From NCBI GenBank assembly GCA_965228855.1, contig CBDDIJ010000003.1, positions 1,632,001 to 1,696,000 of the forward strand: DNA of 64,000 nucleotides, in the 5' to 3' direction. Each line of letters starts with the position of its first letter. Within the stretch, counting starts at the first letter, position 1. The position numbers and the translations under genes are program-made. The notes under the pieces were generated by a model, which saw only the letters and a list, made by a program, of their open reading frames with translations, ran no database searches and had not been told where the DNA came from. This DNA is from Candidatus Obscuribacterales bacterium (GTDB lineage: Bacteria; Cyanobacteriota; Vampirovibrionia; Obscuribacterales; Obscuribacteraceae). Below are positions 61,858 through 64,000 of the stretch, in pieces.

Positions 61858-62617
61858 ATCCGAACCTCATGTCGTAATCAGCCTCGACTTCCTTCGGCAA
61901 TTCGAGCCCGAGTTCTGTCAATCGCTTAGTGACGATCTCCATATACTCGTCCTGAATTTGCTGAGAGCTTTTTATTTTCAACCCATACTCAAAATACTTT
62001 GCGAAGTGTTCACTGTCGTCAGATGGACGCCCTGAAAAACCGAGACCCATAGCCATAAATTTAGGTACAGCTGCTTGCAGTTTTTCACGACCTTTTTCGC
62101 CCTCGAATTCGATGACGCGCTTTGAAGCCCAGACACCAAAAGCAAGGTGCCCCTTCTCCTCCTGCCAGATGCGTTCGCTGATTCGTCTCCATGGCAAGTA
62201 AGAGGACTCACGATATTGTCCGAGGAATGCCACCGCTGCTGGTGTTACGACAGTAGAAAACATCGCTACGTCGGACCAATCTTCGAAAAAGCGCGACCAG
62301 TTTTCCTTTCGGAAACCGTTTATGATTCGTACCTTTTTATGGTCAGGATTGTCGGGGTTTTGCACGAGGTGCTGAACGCGCGCATTGACGTCTATGCCGA
62401 GCGGTTCCAGAATCTCCCAGCAATACCAGCCGTGCCCCATCTCTTCCATTACTTTCTTGGCTAGTCTATATGCTTCTTCCGGCCGCGTCGCAAAGCGCAT
62501 GTTCTCAGCTACGCGCTGACCGCCGGCAAACTCAGAGTCTGCCTGGAAAGAAAGCAGATCTATCAGAGCCTTCTTGTAATCAGCAGGCAGTTGATCGTTG
62601 ACGTCATAGGTTTTCAT
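61829..62617 (-). CDS. PaaA/BoxB-like ferritin-fold diiron protein (aryl-CoA epoxidase-like)
   Basis: QADSE, EEMGHG, WSD...SSYLPW, EEKGH. Confidence 0.75.
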   Translation of the reverse strand: MKTYDVNDQLPADYKKALIDLLSFQADSEFAGGQRVAENMRFATRPEEAYRLAKKVMEEMGHGWYCWEILEPLGIDVNARVQHLVQNPDNPDHKKVRIINGFRKENWSRFFEDWSDVAMFSTVVTPAAVAFLGQYRESSYLPWRRISERIWQEEKGHLAFGVWASKRVIEFEGEKGREKLQAAVPKFMAMGLGFSGRPSDDSEHFAKYFEYGLKIKSSQQIQDEYMEIVTKRLTELGLELPKEVEADYDMRFGYAQTAAACN

Positions 62618-62846
62618 TCGCGACCTCCATGGTGCATTTATGACTCAGCCAGGTGCTCCTAAGATTCTTTCTTTTTAGCGGTTTATATTTGTCATCCGTA
62701 GGGATGTTTTCGCTCATCCTTTCGGTTGGTTTAAACCGCCCGTTCCAGCCAAAAGGCGAAATACTGATCGTTTAATAAACACTTGGCAACCATGACAGTA
62801 GTGGTCCTATACTGGTTTTAGTTACAAAAACCCGAGGACTGACAAC

Positions 62847-63158
62847 ATGAAAAGAAAACAGTACAGACAAGGCGACGTTTTGTTGATTCCGATTGACTCA
62901 GTGCCGAATGGAACCATTGAAGAGTCCGCTGACGGTCGCGTTGTTCTGGCGTATGGAGAGGTAACCGGGCACGCACATGCGATCGATGCAACGATGGCTA
63001 AGACCTTTCAGAAAGGTTCCGATCGTTATCTTGTGGTGTCTGATGGTGCCGTCCTCCGACACGAAGAGCACAGCCCTCTCAAGTTAGCGCCTGGCGCTTA
63101 CAAGGTTCAATTGCAGCGCGAATACGAGCCACAAGGATTTCGCCCCGTAACAGACTAA
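62847..63158 (+). CDS. Conserved small His-rich protein (RQGDV...GEVTGHAH...HEEH...QREY family)
   Basis: Motifs seen directly; RBS GAGGA; this family is usually found next to DUF6745 genes. Confidence 0.8.
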   Translation: MKRKQYRQGDVLLIPIDSVPNGTIEESADGRVVLAYGEVTGHAHAIDATMAKTFQKGSDRYLVVSDGAVLRHEEHSPLKLAPGAYKVQLQREYEPQGFRPVTD

Positions 63159-63167
63159 GGGTGCACG

Positions 63168-64000
63168 ATGAACAAACAAACTAACGATGCCGCGGTCTTC
63201 GCCAAAATCGACCAGTTGCTTGCCCGCTGGCGGCAAGAGCTTTCGGAGCCCGGAGTTGACAAACGAGACATAGCCGAGGAAGGCATCAACCTTCTCTACA
63301 AAAAGGCCGGAAAGAAACCGCCCCTTATCTTGTGGTGCGACAGTCCGTTGCAAACTAATTTGATTCCAACCCTGATTGGAAACGTTCTGCGGTCCGACGG
63401 ATGGAAGACTCTGATTGCTAACCTGGGACCAATCGAAAAGACTGATTCTGAGCAGTTTATCGCAAACTGGAAAAGTCAGTGGATCAGATTGGAGAAGAGC
63501 ACTGTCCTTCCACTTCTGAACAGAATTTGGAACTTCCAGTACAAAGGCGAAACCGCAACCACGCAACAGAAAGTCTTAGACCGTCTCTCCGAGCATCTTC
63601 TCACCATCCTCAAAGATGGTCGTCTTAATGCGGAAACGGTGCACCATAAGAATATCAAGAAGAAGGACGATACCATTTTGCCGAGCCCACAGGGTGGCGA
63701 TTTATGGAAAGCCATGGTCAAACTCGGTGCAGAAGTTGAACAGAAGACAACGACTGATTTCACGTTCAGTATGACCACTGCACAGGGTCTGGCCCTCGGC
63801 GTCCTCGATCATAGAATGGTGACAAATCATATTCCTATTGCGAAGGATTTATTGAAACCGACTGACGAGCAGAAGGCTCTTCTAGACAAGGTTCAGGACA
63901 TAAGAGCAAAGTGCTCCGAGTTAGAAACTCTGTCCAACTCTCGTTCAGCCTGGTTGACTCAGGCGGCGCAAGGATATTCTCGACCTATTTCCATGCCCGA
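63168..64000 (+). CDS. DUF6745-type protein, N-terminal part (3'-truncated by window edge)
   Basis: ATG at 63168; frame appears open to the window end; AEEGINLLYKKAGKKPPLILWCDSP matches the N-terminus of this family. Confidence 0.65.
   Translation, partial: MNKQTNDAAVFAKIDQLLARWRQELSEPGVDKRDIAEEGINLLYKKAGKKPPLILWCDSPLQTNLIPTLIGNVLRSDGWKTLIANLGPIEKTDSEQFIANWKSQWIRLEKSTVLPLLNRIWNFQYKGETATTQQKVLDRLSEHLLTILKDGRLNAETVHHKNIKKKDDTILPSPQGGDLWKAMVKLGAEVEQKTTTDFTFSMTTAQGLALGVLDHRMVTNHIPIAKDLLKPTDEQKALLDKVQDIRAKCSELETLSNSRSAWLTQAAQGYSRPISMP

Noticed and set aside
62793..62808. WYL-type operator (TGACAGTAGTGGTCC) upstream of the His-rich gene
   Set aside because: The palindrome is too weak and no WYL gene is visible

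Overview
Bacterial chromosomal window. The gene repertoire (transmembrane Ser/Thr kinase-LRR proteins, an RRM protein, a giant Gly-rich beta-helical protein) suggests a non-photosynthetic cyanobacterial relative such as Melainabacteria/Obscuribacterales; this is inference only. The left part (1-16.1 kb) is housekeeping and signalling: the hypD 3' end, a patatin, MerC-like and Fur/Zur genes, a TPR protein, a kinase plus pseudokinase and a two-component pair. Next come an ORF-free, hairpin-rich ~700 bp stretch and tRNA-Val(TAC). An ~18 kb accessory island follows, bounded on the right by a degenerate copy of the tRNA's 3' half (34908-34943). It carries candidate anti-phage genes: an NDT-like protein with an apparently dead REase domain plus an active REase, a Cap4/DUF4297-TPR-GreAB-PIN protein with a divergent PIN gene, and a Fic protein preceded by 24-bp repeats. 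It also holds a 1076-aa orphan and two broken IS elements (IS3, IS256). The right part has a MoxR-vWA pair, a BKACE enzyme, a kinase-LRR gene split by an exact 428-bp tandem duplication, a 4219-aa repeat adhesin-like protein, a PaaA/BoxB-like diiron protein with a BoxA-like ferredoxin, and a DUF6745-type pair running off the end. All family calls come from motif recognition by eye; no searches were run.
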